Assembly: GCA_963798845.1 (NCBI GenBank)
Contig: CAWCUS010000002.1
Span: forward strand, 32,001-96,000
DNA length: 64,000 bases
Source of the DNA: an uncultured Gemmatimonadales bacterium
GTDB taxonomy: Bacteria > Gemmatimonadota > Gemmatimonadetes > Longimicrobiales > RSA9
Reading direction: 5' to 3'
The notes under the pieces are model-generated. The model was not told the DNA's origin, searched no databases, and saw only the letters and a program-made list of their open reading frames with translations. Of this stretch, positions 48,315 through 57,181 are shown piece by piece (positions within the stretch are counted from its first letter, which is position 1; every line of letters begins with the position of its first letter). A program made the position numbers and the translations under genes.

Positions 48315-48892
48315 TGGGCAGCGAACTGTTCTTCATCTTCATCTCGGCGCTCCTGGTCAACAACTTCACGCTGGCCATGTTCCTCGGGCTGTGCCCGTTC
48401 CTGGGGGTTTCGGGACGGGTGAGCACCGCGGTGCGCATGGGGATGGCCAACATCTTCGTGCTGGTCCTCACGTCGGTGGCCGCGTGGTTCCTCAACACTT
48501 ACGTGCTGGTCTCGGCGCCCTACCTGCGGCTGATCTCGTTCATCGTGGTGATCGCGTCGCTGGTGCAGATCGTGGAGATGACCATCAAGAAGGTGAGCCC
48601 GGCGCTGTTCCGGGAGCTCGGGATCTACCTCCCGCTGATCACGACCAACTGCGCGATCCTGGGGCTTGCGATCTTCCAGACCAACCGGGGCTACGGCTTC
48701 GCCGAGGGCCTGGTGTTCGCCATTGGCGCGGGGCTGGGGCTGACGCTCGCGCTCGTGCTCATGGCCTCGATCCGCGAGCGGACGCAGTTCTCGACCGTCC
48801 CCGGCGTCGCCAGGGGGATGGGCCTGGTGCTCATCATCGCCGGCAGCCTGTCGCTGGCGTTCATGGGCTTCGCGGGGCTGTTCAGCTCGTGA
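48314..48892 (+). CDS. rnfA: Rnf complex subunit A
   Basis: NNFTLAMFLGLCPFLGVS, LGIYLPLITTNCAILG, SLAFMGF; TAATG overlap. Confidence 0.95.
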   Translation: MGSELFFIFISALLVNNFTLAMFLGLCPFLGVSGRVSTAVRMGMANIFVLVLTSVAAWFLNTYVLVSAPYLRLISFIVVIASLVQIVEMTIKKVSPALFRELGIYLPLITTNCAILGLAIFQTNRGYGFAEGLVFAIGAGLGLTLALVLMASIRERTQFSTVPGVARGMGLVLIIAGSLSLAFMGFAGLFSS

Positions 48893-49032
48893 GCGTGGCC
48901 GCGGCGGTCATCGGGTTCGCGGTGCTCTTCGGCGCGTTCGGGCTGCTGGCCCCGGCGCTCCGGAGGAAGGGGTGCGGTGGGGGGAGCTGCGGCTCGTGCG
49001 GCGGTGGCTCGTGCAAGTACACGGAGCAGTGA
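48889..49032 (+). CDS. 47-aa single-TM four-Cys microprotein (NqrM-like / FeoB-associated Cys-rich-like)
   Basis: GTGA overlap with the rnfA stop, ends 1 nt before apbE; MSVAAAVIGFAVLFGAFGLLAPALRRKGCGGGSCGSCGGGSCKYTEQ. Confidence 0.75.
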   Translation: MSVAAAVIGFAVLFGAFGLLAPALRRKGCGGGSCGSCGGGSCKYTEQ

Positions 49033-49033
49033 G

Positions 49034-50029
49034 ATGATGAATCCTGAAAGCGATCGGCGCCCCACGCGGCGCGAGTTCATCGGCCTGGGTCTCGGCGCCC
49101 TCGTGGTGGCCGCGACGCCGGGCGTGATCCGGCCTCGCCGCGCGCGGCTGGTGCGCCGGACCATCCCGGTGATGGGGACCATCGCCGAGGTGGGCGTGGT
49201 CGATCGCGACGAGCGCCGGGCCGAGGCCGCAATCGACGCCGCGCTCGCCGAGCTTCGCGCCGTGGATCGGGCCATGACCCGCTTCAGCGATCACTCCGAG
49301 GTCGGGCGTGCCAACCTGGAGGCGCAGAAGCGGCCCGTCCCGGTCGGTGCCGCGACAGCCACGGTCGTGGCCGCGGCGCTCGAGTGGGCCTCGAAGACGG
49401 AGGGCGCGTTCGACCCGGCGATCGGCCGGGCGGTTGGCCTGTGGGACGTGAAACACCGCCACGCGCCGCCCGCCGAGGGCGAGGTCCGCAGCGTGGCGAG
49501 GGCCGGGCTTTTCCGGGCGCTGGAGCTCGGGCGCCGGGGCGGGAGCGATGTACTGCTCTACCACGACCCTGCCGTCTCCCTGGACCTGGGCGGGATCGCC
49601 AAGGGCTACGCGGTGGACCGCGCGGTGGCGGCGCTGCGGGACCGCGGCGTCGAGAACGCACTCGTGAACGCGGGCGGCGACCTCTACGCCATGGGCGTTT
49701 CCGAAGACGGGGACGCGTGGGAAGTGGGCGTCCGGGATCCGTCGAACCCTGCGGGCATCATCGCCCGGTTCCGGATGAGCGACCGCGCGGTCGCCACGTC
49801 CGGCGACTACGAACAGTATTTCGACTACCAGGGGCGACGCTACTCGCACCTGCTGGATCCCCGCACGGGCGCCCCGCGCCGCACCGCGGAGCACAGCATC
49901 ACGGTGGCGGCGGACCGCTGCATCGATGCCGACGCCGCGGGCACGGCCGCATTCGGTCAGGACGCGGCGAGCGGGGAGCGACTCATCCGCCGCGTGGATC
50001 CACGCGCGGACCTGCTGTACATCGCATAG
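49034..50029 (+). CDS. apbE: FAD:protein FMN transferase ApbE with Tat signal
   Basis: TRREFIGL Tat motif, MGT, DLGGIAKGYAVD, NAGGD, ATSGDYE, HLLDPRTG, ADAAGTA. Confidence 0.95.
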   Translation: MMNPESDRRPTRREFIGLGLGALVVAATPGVIRPRRARLVRRTIPVMGTIAEVGVVDRDERRAEAAIDAALAELRAVDRAMTRFSDHSEVGRANLEAQKRPVPVGAATATVVAAALEWASKTEGAFDPAIGRAVGLWDVKHRHAPPAEGEVRSVARAGLFRALELGRRGGSDVLLYHDPAVSLDLGGIAKGYAVDRAVAALRDRGVENALVNAGGDLYAMGVSEDGDAWEVGVRDPSNPAGIIARFRMSDRAVATSGDYEQYFDYQGRRYSHLLDPRTGAPRRTAEHSITVAADRCIDADAAGTAAFGQDAASGERLIRRVDPRADLLYIA

Positions 50030-50038
50030 GAGGAGACC

Positions 50039-50260
50039 ATGAGCACACAGAAGGCCTACTGCTCGGCCTGCGACCACGAGGTCGAGGTCGTGCTGCGGCC
50101 GGACTTCGAGATGGTGCCCGGGGAGCCGATCCCCACGGAGGCCATGGTCTGCCTTGCCTACGGCGAGACGTGCACCGGCGCGCTCTGTCCCCTCTTCGGC
50201 GTCGCGCCGGAGCAGATGCGGGGCAACCTGGACCGGAGCGGACTGCTGAACCACGGTTGA
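50039..50260 (+). CDS. small Cys-rich hypothetical protein (73 aa)
   Basis: AGGAG RBS; YCSACDH...VCL...CTGALC...RSGL. Confidence 0.8.
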   Translation: MSTQKAYCSACDHEVEVVLRPDFEMVPGEPIPTEAMVCLAYGETCTGALCPLFGVAPEQMRGNLDRSGLLNHG

Positions 50261-50271
50261 AGGAGGGCTCC

Positions 50272-50688
50272 ATGGACGAGGGCACGACGGAGACACGGAC
50301 GCTGTACTGTCCGAAATGCAGCCACGACGTGACGGTGACGGTCTCGCCGGCGCCGCTCCACAGCGGGCATGCCTCCATCCCGGACGGCGGTGAGCTGGTC
50401 TGCCTCGACTTCGGCCCCGACTGCACCGGGCCGCTGTGCGCGGTGTTCCGGGTCCCGCGCGTGGTGATGGGAGTGCGCCTGGCCCGGAGCGGACTGCGCC
50501 CAGACCGCCTCCAGCACGTGCGCGCGCTCTGCGAAGGGTGCCAGCGCGTCGTCCACCTCGAGATCCTCGACGAGACCCACGCCCACTGCCCGGACTGCGG
50601 CACGGTCAACACATGGAGCATGATGCGCCTGGACGGCGAGCAGTGGGTGGCCGTCACCGGACCGCGCGCGGCCGCCGAGCTGGAGTGA
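50272..50688 (+). CDS. Cys-rich hypothetical protein (138 aa), paralog of the preceding gene plus a Zn-ribbon
   Basis: AAGGAGG RBS; YCPKCSH...VCL...CTGPLC...RSGL, then CEGC...CPDCG. Confidence 0.8.
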   Translation: MDEGTTETRTLYCPKCSHDVTVTVSPAPLHSGHASIPDGGELVCLDFGPDCTGPLCAVFRVPRVVMGVRLARSGLRPDRLQHVRALCEGCQRVVHLEILDETHAHCPDCGTVNTWSMMRLDGEQWVAVTGPRAAAELE

Positions 50689-50816
50689 CGCGCCCGACGT
50701 CGCGGAGCCCGGGGCTCGCGCCATACGGATCATAGCCGCAACGCCCGTCTCGCTGGCGTTGCAGGGGGAGCGGCCCGCGACTATCCTCAGCGCGGGCCGT
50801 TTCCTTTTCGGGCAGC

Positions 50817-51769
50817 ATGAGCCAGCGATCTCCCGTGCAGCGATTCATCCACGAGCTGCGGCGCCGCCACGTGCCACAGACGGCGGCGATCTACCTCGTG
50901 GCGGGCTGGGCGGCGATCCAGTTCGCCGACGTGGTCGCGCCCAACCTGGGGTGGCCCCAGGGCGTGGTCACCGCCGTGATCATCGCCGCAGCGGTCGGGT
51001 TCCCCGCCGTGCTGGTCCTCGCCTGGTTCTTCGATCTCGGCCCCGAGGGGATCCACCGTACCGGCGACGAACCGGCGCGCACCGGTCCCGGCTCCCCGTC
51101 GGCACCGGGCACCGCCGCGGCCGGAGGGCGGAGTGGCGCGCCATGGGTGGCCGCGGTGGCCATCCTGGTCGTTGCCATCGGGAGCGCCGTGGCCATGGCG
51201 CTGCTGCTCAGCGGGAACGGCGGCGAAGAGGCGCCGCGGCACCGGCTGCGGCTAAGGCCGGTGAGGCGGGCGGCGCATCGACGCGCCCGGCGACAGGCGA
51301 ACGTGAGGCGCTCCAGCGACCCGCCCCGCCCGACCTGACGATGCCGGGCATCCCCGGCGAGAGCCCCATGGACGTCGGGGCGGCCGTCGAGAAGGCGCTG
51401 AGCCAGCTTCGAATGCTCGACTCGGCCGGGGCGTTCGAGCGCGCCCGGGACATACGCGAGCAGATGACACTGGACCGGGCAGTCATCATCTCCTCGCCGC
51501 AGGGGTGGGGTGAGCCGCAGCGGATGGCCACCGTCCATCCGGGCGACACGATTGCCGTGGTCGGCGTCGCGCTGGACACCGCCGGCGTGGCGTCCGTTGC
51601 CCTGGACGGCCGCGTGGTGGCGGAGGCGAAGCCGCCGAAGCCGGCGCTCGATTTCCGGGCCACGGTGTTGGTTTCCGGAAGCGCTCCGCAGCGAAACGTC
51701 CCGCTGGTGGTCCGGACCGCGGACGGCCGCGAGATCCGCCGGGTGTACACGCTTCTCCAGGTGCCATAG
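50817..51769 (+). CDS. membrane-anchored protein with Ig-like C-terminus, frameshifted near 51228-51245
   Basis: ELRRRHV...[13 protein letters not shown] anchor in ORF 50817; C-terminal beta domain in ORF 50759. Adding one base in GAGGCGCC joins them. Confidence 0.65.
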
Positions 51770-51802
51770 GCGCTCCTCCGGGCCACCGCCCGGAGTGGGT
51801 CG

Positions 51803-52507
51803 TCATGCGGAGCGCCGCTGGATCCATCCGGCGACGACGTCCGCCACGTCCTCGAGCGCTTCCTCGTCGGTCCGTCCGGAGCGCACCAGGACGTGGAAGG
51901 AATGGTCGCCGCCGTCCACCTCGTGCAGCGCGGCGCGGCTTCCCAGTCCCGCCACGACGGCCCGGACCAGCCCGGGCTCGGCCAGGCGGTCGCGCGTCCC
52001 CTGGACGAACAGCATCGGGACCGGCACCGCGGCGAGGTGGTCCGCGCGGTCCGTCCCCGGCCGCCCCGCCGGGTGCAGCGGGAAGCCGAGGAACACCAGC
52101 CCCCGCACGCCCGGCAGCGGCTCCTCCGCGGCGGCCGTCGAGGTCATGCGCCCACCGAAGGACTTGCCGCCGGCGAAGAGCGGGAGCGCGCCTTCGCCGG
52201 CGAGCGGGGGCATGCCGTCGATGGCGGCGTCGAGGGCGGCAGCTACGGCCGCGCGCACCGTCGCCGTGGCCACGGCGGGGCGGTCCGGTCGCTTCCGCCT
52301 CGCCTCCATGTTCGGGAACTGGTAGCGCAGCGTGGCGACGCCGCGCCGTGAGAGGGCGTCGCTCATGGCCCCCATGAAGGGGTGTCGCATCCCGGCGCCG
52401 GCACCGTGGGCGAGGACGAGGAGCGCGCGGGCTTCCGGTGAGCGCTCCAGGAGACCGGAGACGTGGCCGTGCGGCGGGACGGGAATGCGGACGGTGCGGG
52501 CCGGCAT
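51803..52507 (-). CDS. alpha/beta hydrolase (KANSL3/dienelactone hydrolase-like)
   Basis: [33 protein letters not shown]. Confidence 0.9.
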   Translation of the reverse strand: MPARTVRIPVPPHGHVSGLLERSPEARALLVLAHGAGAGMRHPFMGAMSDALSRRGVATLRYQFPNMEARRKRPDRPAVATATVRAAVAAALDAAIDGMPPLAGEGALPLFAGGKSFGGRMTSTAAAEEPLPGVRGLVFLGFPLHPAGRPGTDRADHLAAVPVPMLFVQGTRDRLAEPGLVRAVVAGLGSRAALHEVDGGDHSFHVLVRSGRTDEEALEDVADVVAGWIQRRSA

Positions 52508-52594
52508 GGCGGAGGAACGTAGGGGTGTCGGAGCGTGGCCTCAACCGGCTATAGTCCGGGGTCCCGGGGCAGCACACTGTTGATCGCGAGGGCA

Positions 52595-53422
52595 ATGAAG
52601 GGATACACGACGGGAGAAGTGGCGGATCTCCTCGGGATGAGGCCGCGCCGGGTGCGGGAGTACGCGCGCTCCGGGATCCTGGACCCGGAGCGAGGCCCGG
52701 GCAACCGCTACCGCTTCGGCTTCCAGGACCTCGTCCTGCTGCGCACGGCGAAGGGGCTGCTCGACGCGCGAGTCCCGCAGCGACGGATCCTGCGCGCCCT
52801 GCGTCGTCTGAAGGAGCAGCTTCCGCGCGACCTCTCCCTCACCGCCGTCCGCATCGCGGCCGATGGAGACGAGGTGGTGGTCCGGGAACACGGCCGGGCG
52901 TGGGCTCCGGCTTCCGGGCAGATGCACCTCGTGTTCGACGTCGCCGAGCTCGCCGCCCGCGTCGAGCCGCTCGCGGACAGGGCGTTGGGGGAGGCGGAGG
53001 CCGACACCGACTCCGCGCTCGAGTGGTTCGAGCTGGGCGTCGAGCTCGAGGCTTACGCGCCCGCGCAGGCGCGGGAGGCCTTCACGAGGGCGCTCGCTCT
53101 CGAGCCCGGGCACCCGGACTCGCTCCTCCACCTGGGCCGCCTGTTCTACGAGGAGGGCGCCACGGAAGCGGCCATCGTGCACTACAGGCGGGCGCTGGAG
53201 GCGAGCGGCGGCGGCCACGCGGCGGCGGCCTTCCACCTGGGCGTCGCGCTCGAGGACGCAGGGCGGGGCAGGGCGGCGAGGGACGCGTTCATCGTTGCCG
53301 TCGGCGCGGATCCCGGGTGGGCGGACGCCCACTATCACCTCTCCCGGACGTGCGAGCGTCTCGGAGACGGGCTGTCCGCGCTCCGTCACATGAAGGCGTA
53401 CCGCGCGCTCCAGGGCTCCTGA
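52595..53422 (+). CDS. MerR-type HTH plus TPR protein
   Basis: YTTGEVADLLG...YRFGFQDLVLLR HTH followed by TPR helices (AREAFTRALALEPGH, ADAHYHL). Confidence 0.85.
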   Translation: MKGYTTGEVADLLGMRPRRVREYARSGILDPERGPGNRYRFGFQDLVLLRTAKGLLDARVPQRRILRALRRLKEQLPRDLSLTAVRIAADGDEVVVREHGRAWAPASGQMHLVFDVAELAARVEPLADRALGEAEADTDSALEWFELGVELEAYAPAQAREAFTRALALEPGHPDSLLHLGRLFYEEGATEAAIVHYRRALEASGGGHAAAAFHLGVALEDAGRGRAARDAFIVAVGADPGWADAHYHLSRTCERLGDGLSALRHMKAYRALQGS

Positions 53423-53439
53423 TCGCAGGAATCCACGCC

Positions 53440-54105
53440 CTAACCTGGCGCCCGCTCCACGTGCAGGCGGGAGGCCAGCTCGAGCCCCACCATCTCCTCG
53501 ACAGCGCCGACCCGAACCCGTAGCGGGCCGTCCGACGCCCCGCGTTCCAGGACCTCCACCTCCACGCCCGGCACCAGGTTCAGCTGCGCCATGTAGCGCA
53601 GCACTTCCGCGTCGTCGTCGGGAACGCGGCGGAGAACCGCTGGGGTCCGGTCTTCCAGCTCGGCGAGGGTGGGAAGCGCGAGGGCGTCGAGCTTCCCGGC
53701 CGCGCTCGGGATCGGATGCCCGTGCGGATCCACCACCGGGTTGCCCAGCACCCGCGCCATGCGGTTCACCATCGTGTCCGACGCCGCGTGCTCCAGCCGC
53801 TCCGCTTCCTGGTGCACCATGTCCCACGTGTAGCCCAGCACCTCCACCAGGAAAAGCTCCAGGATCCGGTGCCGGCGGATCATCCGGATCGCCTCCCGCC
53901 GCCCCGCCTCCGTCAGTGAGGCTCCCTGGTACCGCTCGTGCCGCACCAGCCCCTGCTGGCCGAGGCGCTTCAGCATCCCCGTCACGGACGCCGGGGCCAC
54001 GCCCAGGCGCTCGGCGATCGCCGATGTTCCCACCGCACCTTCGCCTCCGGGTTCGCACAGGAGGTAGATCGCTTTCAGGTAGTCTTCCACGGCGGGTGTC
54101 GGCAT
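53440..54105 (-). CDS. DtxR/MntR metal-dependent repressor with FeoA domain
   Basis: VEDYLKAIY, ASVTGMLKRL, RRHRILELFL, HQEAERLEH, DPHGHPIP. Confidence 0.94.
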   Translation of the reverse strand: MPTPAVEDYLKAIYLLCEPGGEGAVGTSAIAERLGVAPASVTGMLKRLGQQGLVRHERYQGASLTEAGRREAIRMIRRHRILELFLVEVLGYTWDMVHQEAERLEHAASDTMVNRMARVLGNPVVDPHGHPIPSAAGKLDALALPTLAELEDRTPAVLRRVPDDDAEVLRYMAQLNLVPGVEVEVLERGASDGPLRVRVGAVEEMVGLELASRLHVERAPG

Positions 54106-54278
54106 GCCGGCAGGGTAGTGCCCCACCAATGAGGCCGCAACCGGTTGTGCCGTCGATGGCTAGCGCTCAGGGAGCCCCCCACGGGAGGATCAAGAAATTT
54201 CCGACAGACATTCCGGCCATCATGTCCGAGATTGTATGGTGAGTTCTCCGCTCCGCACGCTCCCACCAAGGAGGGCAC

Positions 54279-55196
54279 ATGTACGACCGGGTCATCGTGC
54301 CGCTGGCCGAAGACGCCGAGACGCCGTGCCTGGCCCACGCCCGAACCCTTGCCCGCAATCTCAGCTGCGAGCTGACCCTGCTGCACGTCCACGAGTGCGC
54401 GGAAGCGCCGGTGGAGCTGGAAGCGCTTCCGCAGTACCGGTTCCAGCACGTCGTGGAGTCCTGGACCGGGCGGGACATGGACGTGGAGGCGGAAGAGCTG
54501 GAATGGCTGGCGGGGATCGCCGACCGGCTGGCGTCGGACGAGCCGGACCTCACGATCTCGACGCGGGTGGTCCACGCCCCGCTGACGGCGGCGCTGGCGG
54601 CTCCGGGCGAGCGGGCGCTGGTGATCGCGCCGGCCCGTGACCTGCACCTGGATGGCCTCAACTTCGCGACGCGCGAGCTGGTGCGAACGGGCGGGCTGCC
54701 GGTGCTGGTCGCGCCGGTGGAGCGGTCGCTGCTCCCGCTGCGCAGGATCCTGATCGCGCTGGACGGATCCGAGTTCTCCCGGGAGGTGGTGGGTCCGGCG
54801 CTCGAGCTCGCCCGGGCCACCGGGGCCCGCGTGTCTCTGCTCGAAGTGGTGACGCGCCACAACGGGCTGGTTCGGCTGCTCCGCGCGGGGGACCGGACGG
54901 CGGACGCCGCCGAGCGCTCGCTCCGGGACGTTCGGGAGCGGATACCGCCGGACGTCGGGCCCGTCGACGTGAGGGTGGTGGAGCACGGCAACCCGGCGGC
55001 CGGGATCGCGCTCGAGGCCCGGCGTGAGGACGTGGACCTGGTCGCCATGGCCACGCACGGACGAGGAGGGCTGCGTCGAATCCTGATGGGGAGCGTGGCG
55101 GAGAGCGTGGTCCGCAGCGTACAGCTCCCGGTCCTCCTCTTCCGGCCGACCGCGGCGGGCGTGGCTCCCGAGATCCGCCCTGCCCCCGTCGCCTGA
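54279..55196 (+). CDS. tandem universal stress protein
   Basis: Two USP-like domains; RILIALDGS, AMATHGRGGLRRILMGSVAESVVR; AAGGAGGG RBS. Confidence 0.9.
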   Translation: MYDRVIVPLAEDAETPCLAHARTLARNLSCELTLLHVHECAEAPVELEALPQYRFQHVVESWTGRDMDVEAEELEWLAGIADRLASDEPDLTISTRVVHAPLTAALAAPGERALVIAPARDLHLDGLNFATRELVRTGGLPVLVAPVERSLLPLRRILIALDGSEFSREVVGPALELARATGARVSLLEVVTRHNGLVRLLRAGDRTADAAERSLRDVRERIPPDVGPVDVRVVEHGNPAAGIALEARREDVDLVAMATHGRGGLRRILMGSVAESVVRSVQLPVLLFRPTAAGVAPEIRPAPVA

Positions 55197-55200
55197 GGGA

Positions 55201-57006
55201 TCAGCGACCGGGGAGCCGCGCGGCGGGGGCCTCGACGCCGATGGCGTCGGCTACCGCCCTGAAGCGAGGCTCCGCCCGTAGCGGATCGAGGAGGGGGTGG
55301 ACCAGATAGAACGGAAGGTTCGGGTCCGCCCCCTCTTCGTATGCCTGCTCGATCCGCTCCAGCGCCTGGTCCCGCGCACCGACGGCAGCGAAGAGGAGCG
55401 CCGCCTGGGCTGGCGGGAGCGATGGCGCAGCGCGCGTGAGCGCGGGTAGCGCCGCCGCCCGCCGTCCCGCATCGCCGCCAGCCCCGATCACCGCCGACAC
55501 CGCGGCCGCCACTTCCGGCTGGAATGCCGCCCTCGCCGCCTCCTCAGCCTCCCCATCCGGACACCCGGCGGTGAGACAGACATAGACGAACCCTCGCTGC
55601 GCCACGGCGTAGCCCGGGTCCTCGCCGGCCAGGCGGCCGAGGGTGGCTCGGGCGTCGTCGTAGTCGTGAGCGACCGTCTGCAGGTAGCCGAGGATATAGC
55701 GCGCTGCCACGGACAACGGGTCGATGTCCAGCGCGCGGTCCACCTCCACCCGGGCTTCGGCCAGGCGGCCCATCATCAGGAGTGTTTCCGCGTACCACTG
55801 GTGACCCGTGGCGTAGTTCGGCTGGAACTCCAGCGCGCGCCGGTATGCCATGGCGGCAGCATCGAGATTCCACTCCAGCGACTGGGAGATCTGGCCGAGC
55901 GCGGCGTGCGCCTCCGCCAGCTGGGCGTCGAGGGCCAGCGCGCGGGCTGCCGCTTCGGTGCCGAGCGCCGCAGCGGAATCGGCGGGGAAGTCGCTGTAGA
56001 TCGGAAGCACGGCGTACGTGAGAGCGATGCCGGCGTGAGCCAGCGCGTACGACTCATCCTCGGACACGGCCTGCTGGAAGTACTCGAGGGCGCGCTGGAG
56101 GTCGGCCTCGGTGCGGCCGTGCCAGCGCGCGAGGCCGAGGAGGTAGGCGTCGTGGGCGCGCACGCTGGACGTCCCGGCCCGAAGGTCGGAGGCGCCCGCG
56201 ACGAGCTGGAGCCGAAGCGCCTCGGCGACGGCGCCGGAGATCTCGTCCTGGATGCCGAAGATGTCGCTGGCGGTCCGGTCGTACTGCTGCGACCAGATCT
56301 GGAACCCGGAGCGTACGTCCACCAGCTCGACCGTGACGCGGAGCTGGTCCCCTTCCCGCCGCAGGCTCCCCTCCACCACAGCGTCGACGCTCAGGCGACG
56401 GCCGATCTCGTCCAGGCCCACGTCCCGGCTGCGGAACGCGAACGACGACGCCCTCGCCGCCACCCGGATCTCCGGGATCCTCGCCAGCCGGTTGATCAGC
56501 TCCTCGGCCACGCCGTCGGCGAAGTACGCCTGGTCCTGCGCGGGGCTCAGGTCGGAGAACGGCAGCACCGCCACGGCGTTCACGCGCTCGGGGTGGACCA
56601 CGGCGCCCGGCACGAAGGCGGAGTAGGCGCCGAACGCCACCAGCGCCACCACGATGCCCGCACCGAAGACGCCCGCCAGCCGCAGCGGCCGCGGCTGGAC
56701 CACGACCTGCGCGGGCGCCGTCGAAACCGCGACGGGCGCGTCGGAGTCCGACCGCACGTCCTCCAGCGCGGCCGTACGGACCACGCCCTGGGGCGTGATG
56801 TCGAACGCCCACGCCAGGATCAGCGTCACGGGGAAGCCGAGGAAGGCCAGGACCACCACCGCGCGGCTCACCCATTCGGGGAACCCGAACAGCGGGAACG
56901 TCTCCAGCACGATCTCGACGGCCATCCAGACGACGAGGACGTAGGCCCCCGCCACCCTCCAGACGCGCCGCCGCCGCAGCTCGGACAGGAACCCCGCGAT
57001 CTCCAC
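55201..57006 (-). CDS. membrane-anchored TolB-N-like / TPR protein
   Basis: GTG 57006 with AAGGAG RBS; ELRRRRV anchor, VAVLPFSDLS...YFADGVAEEL...RASSFAF...VEGSLR, TPR repeats. Confidence 0.88.
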   Translation of the reverse strand: MEIAGFLSELRRRRVWRVAGAYVLVVWMAVEIVLETFPLFGFPEWVSRAVVVLAFLGFPVTLILAWAFDITPQGVVRTAALEDVRSDSDAPVAVSTAPAQVVVQPRPLRLAGVFGAGIVVALVAFGAYSAFVPGAVVHPERVNAVAVLPFSDLSPAQDQAYFADGVAEELINRLARIPEIRVAARASSFAFRSRDVGLDEIGRRLSVDAVVEGSLRREGDQLRVTVELVDVRSGFQIWSQQYDRTASDIFGIQDEISGAVAEALRLQLVAGASDLRAGTSSVRAHDAYLLGLARWHGRTEADLQRALEYFQQAVSEDESYALAHAGIALTYAVLPIYSDFPADSAAALGTEAAARALALDAQLAEAHAALGQISQSLEWNLDAAAMAYRRALEFQPNYATGHQWYAETLLMMGRLAEARVEVDRALDIDPLSVAARYILGYLQTVAHDYDDARATLGRLAGEDPGYAVAQRGFVYVCLTAGCPDGEAEEAARAAFQPEVAAAVSAVIGAGGDAGRRAAALPALTRAAPSLPPAQAALLFAAVGARDQALERIEQAYEEGADPNLPFYLVHPLLDPLRAEPRFRAVADAIGVEAPAARLPGR

Positions 57007-57181
57007 CCCGATCTCCTTCCGCTTCACCCGGATCCTTCGCCCGTTGGACACCGGTGGACGCCTCATCGTTGGACAAGGTAAGCGGCGCCCGAGGCCGTGG
57101 GGAGAGCGTCGCCCGGGAACGGCCCTTGCCTCCGAACGACGGAGGAGAACAAGTCCGACGAGTTCAAGCAGAGGTCTGGTG

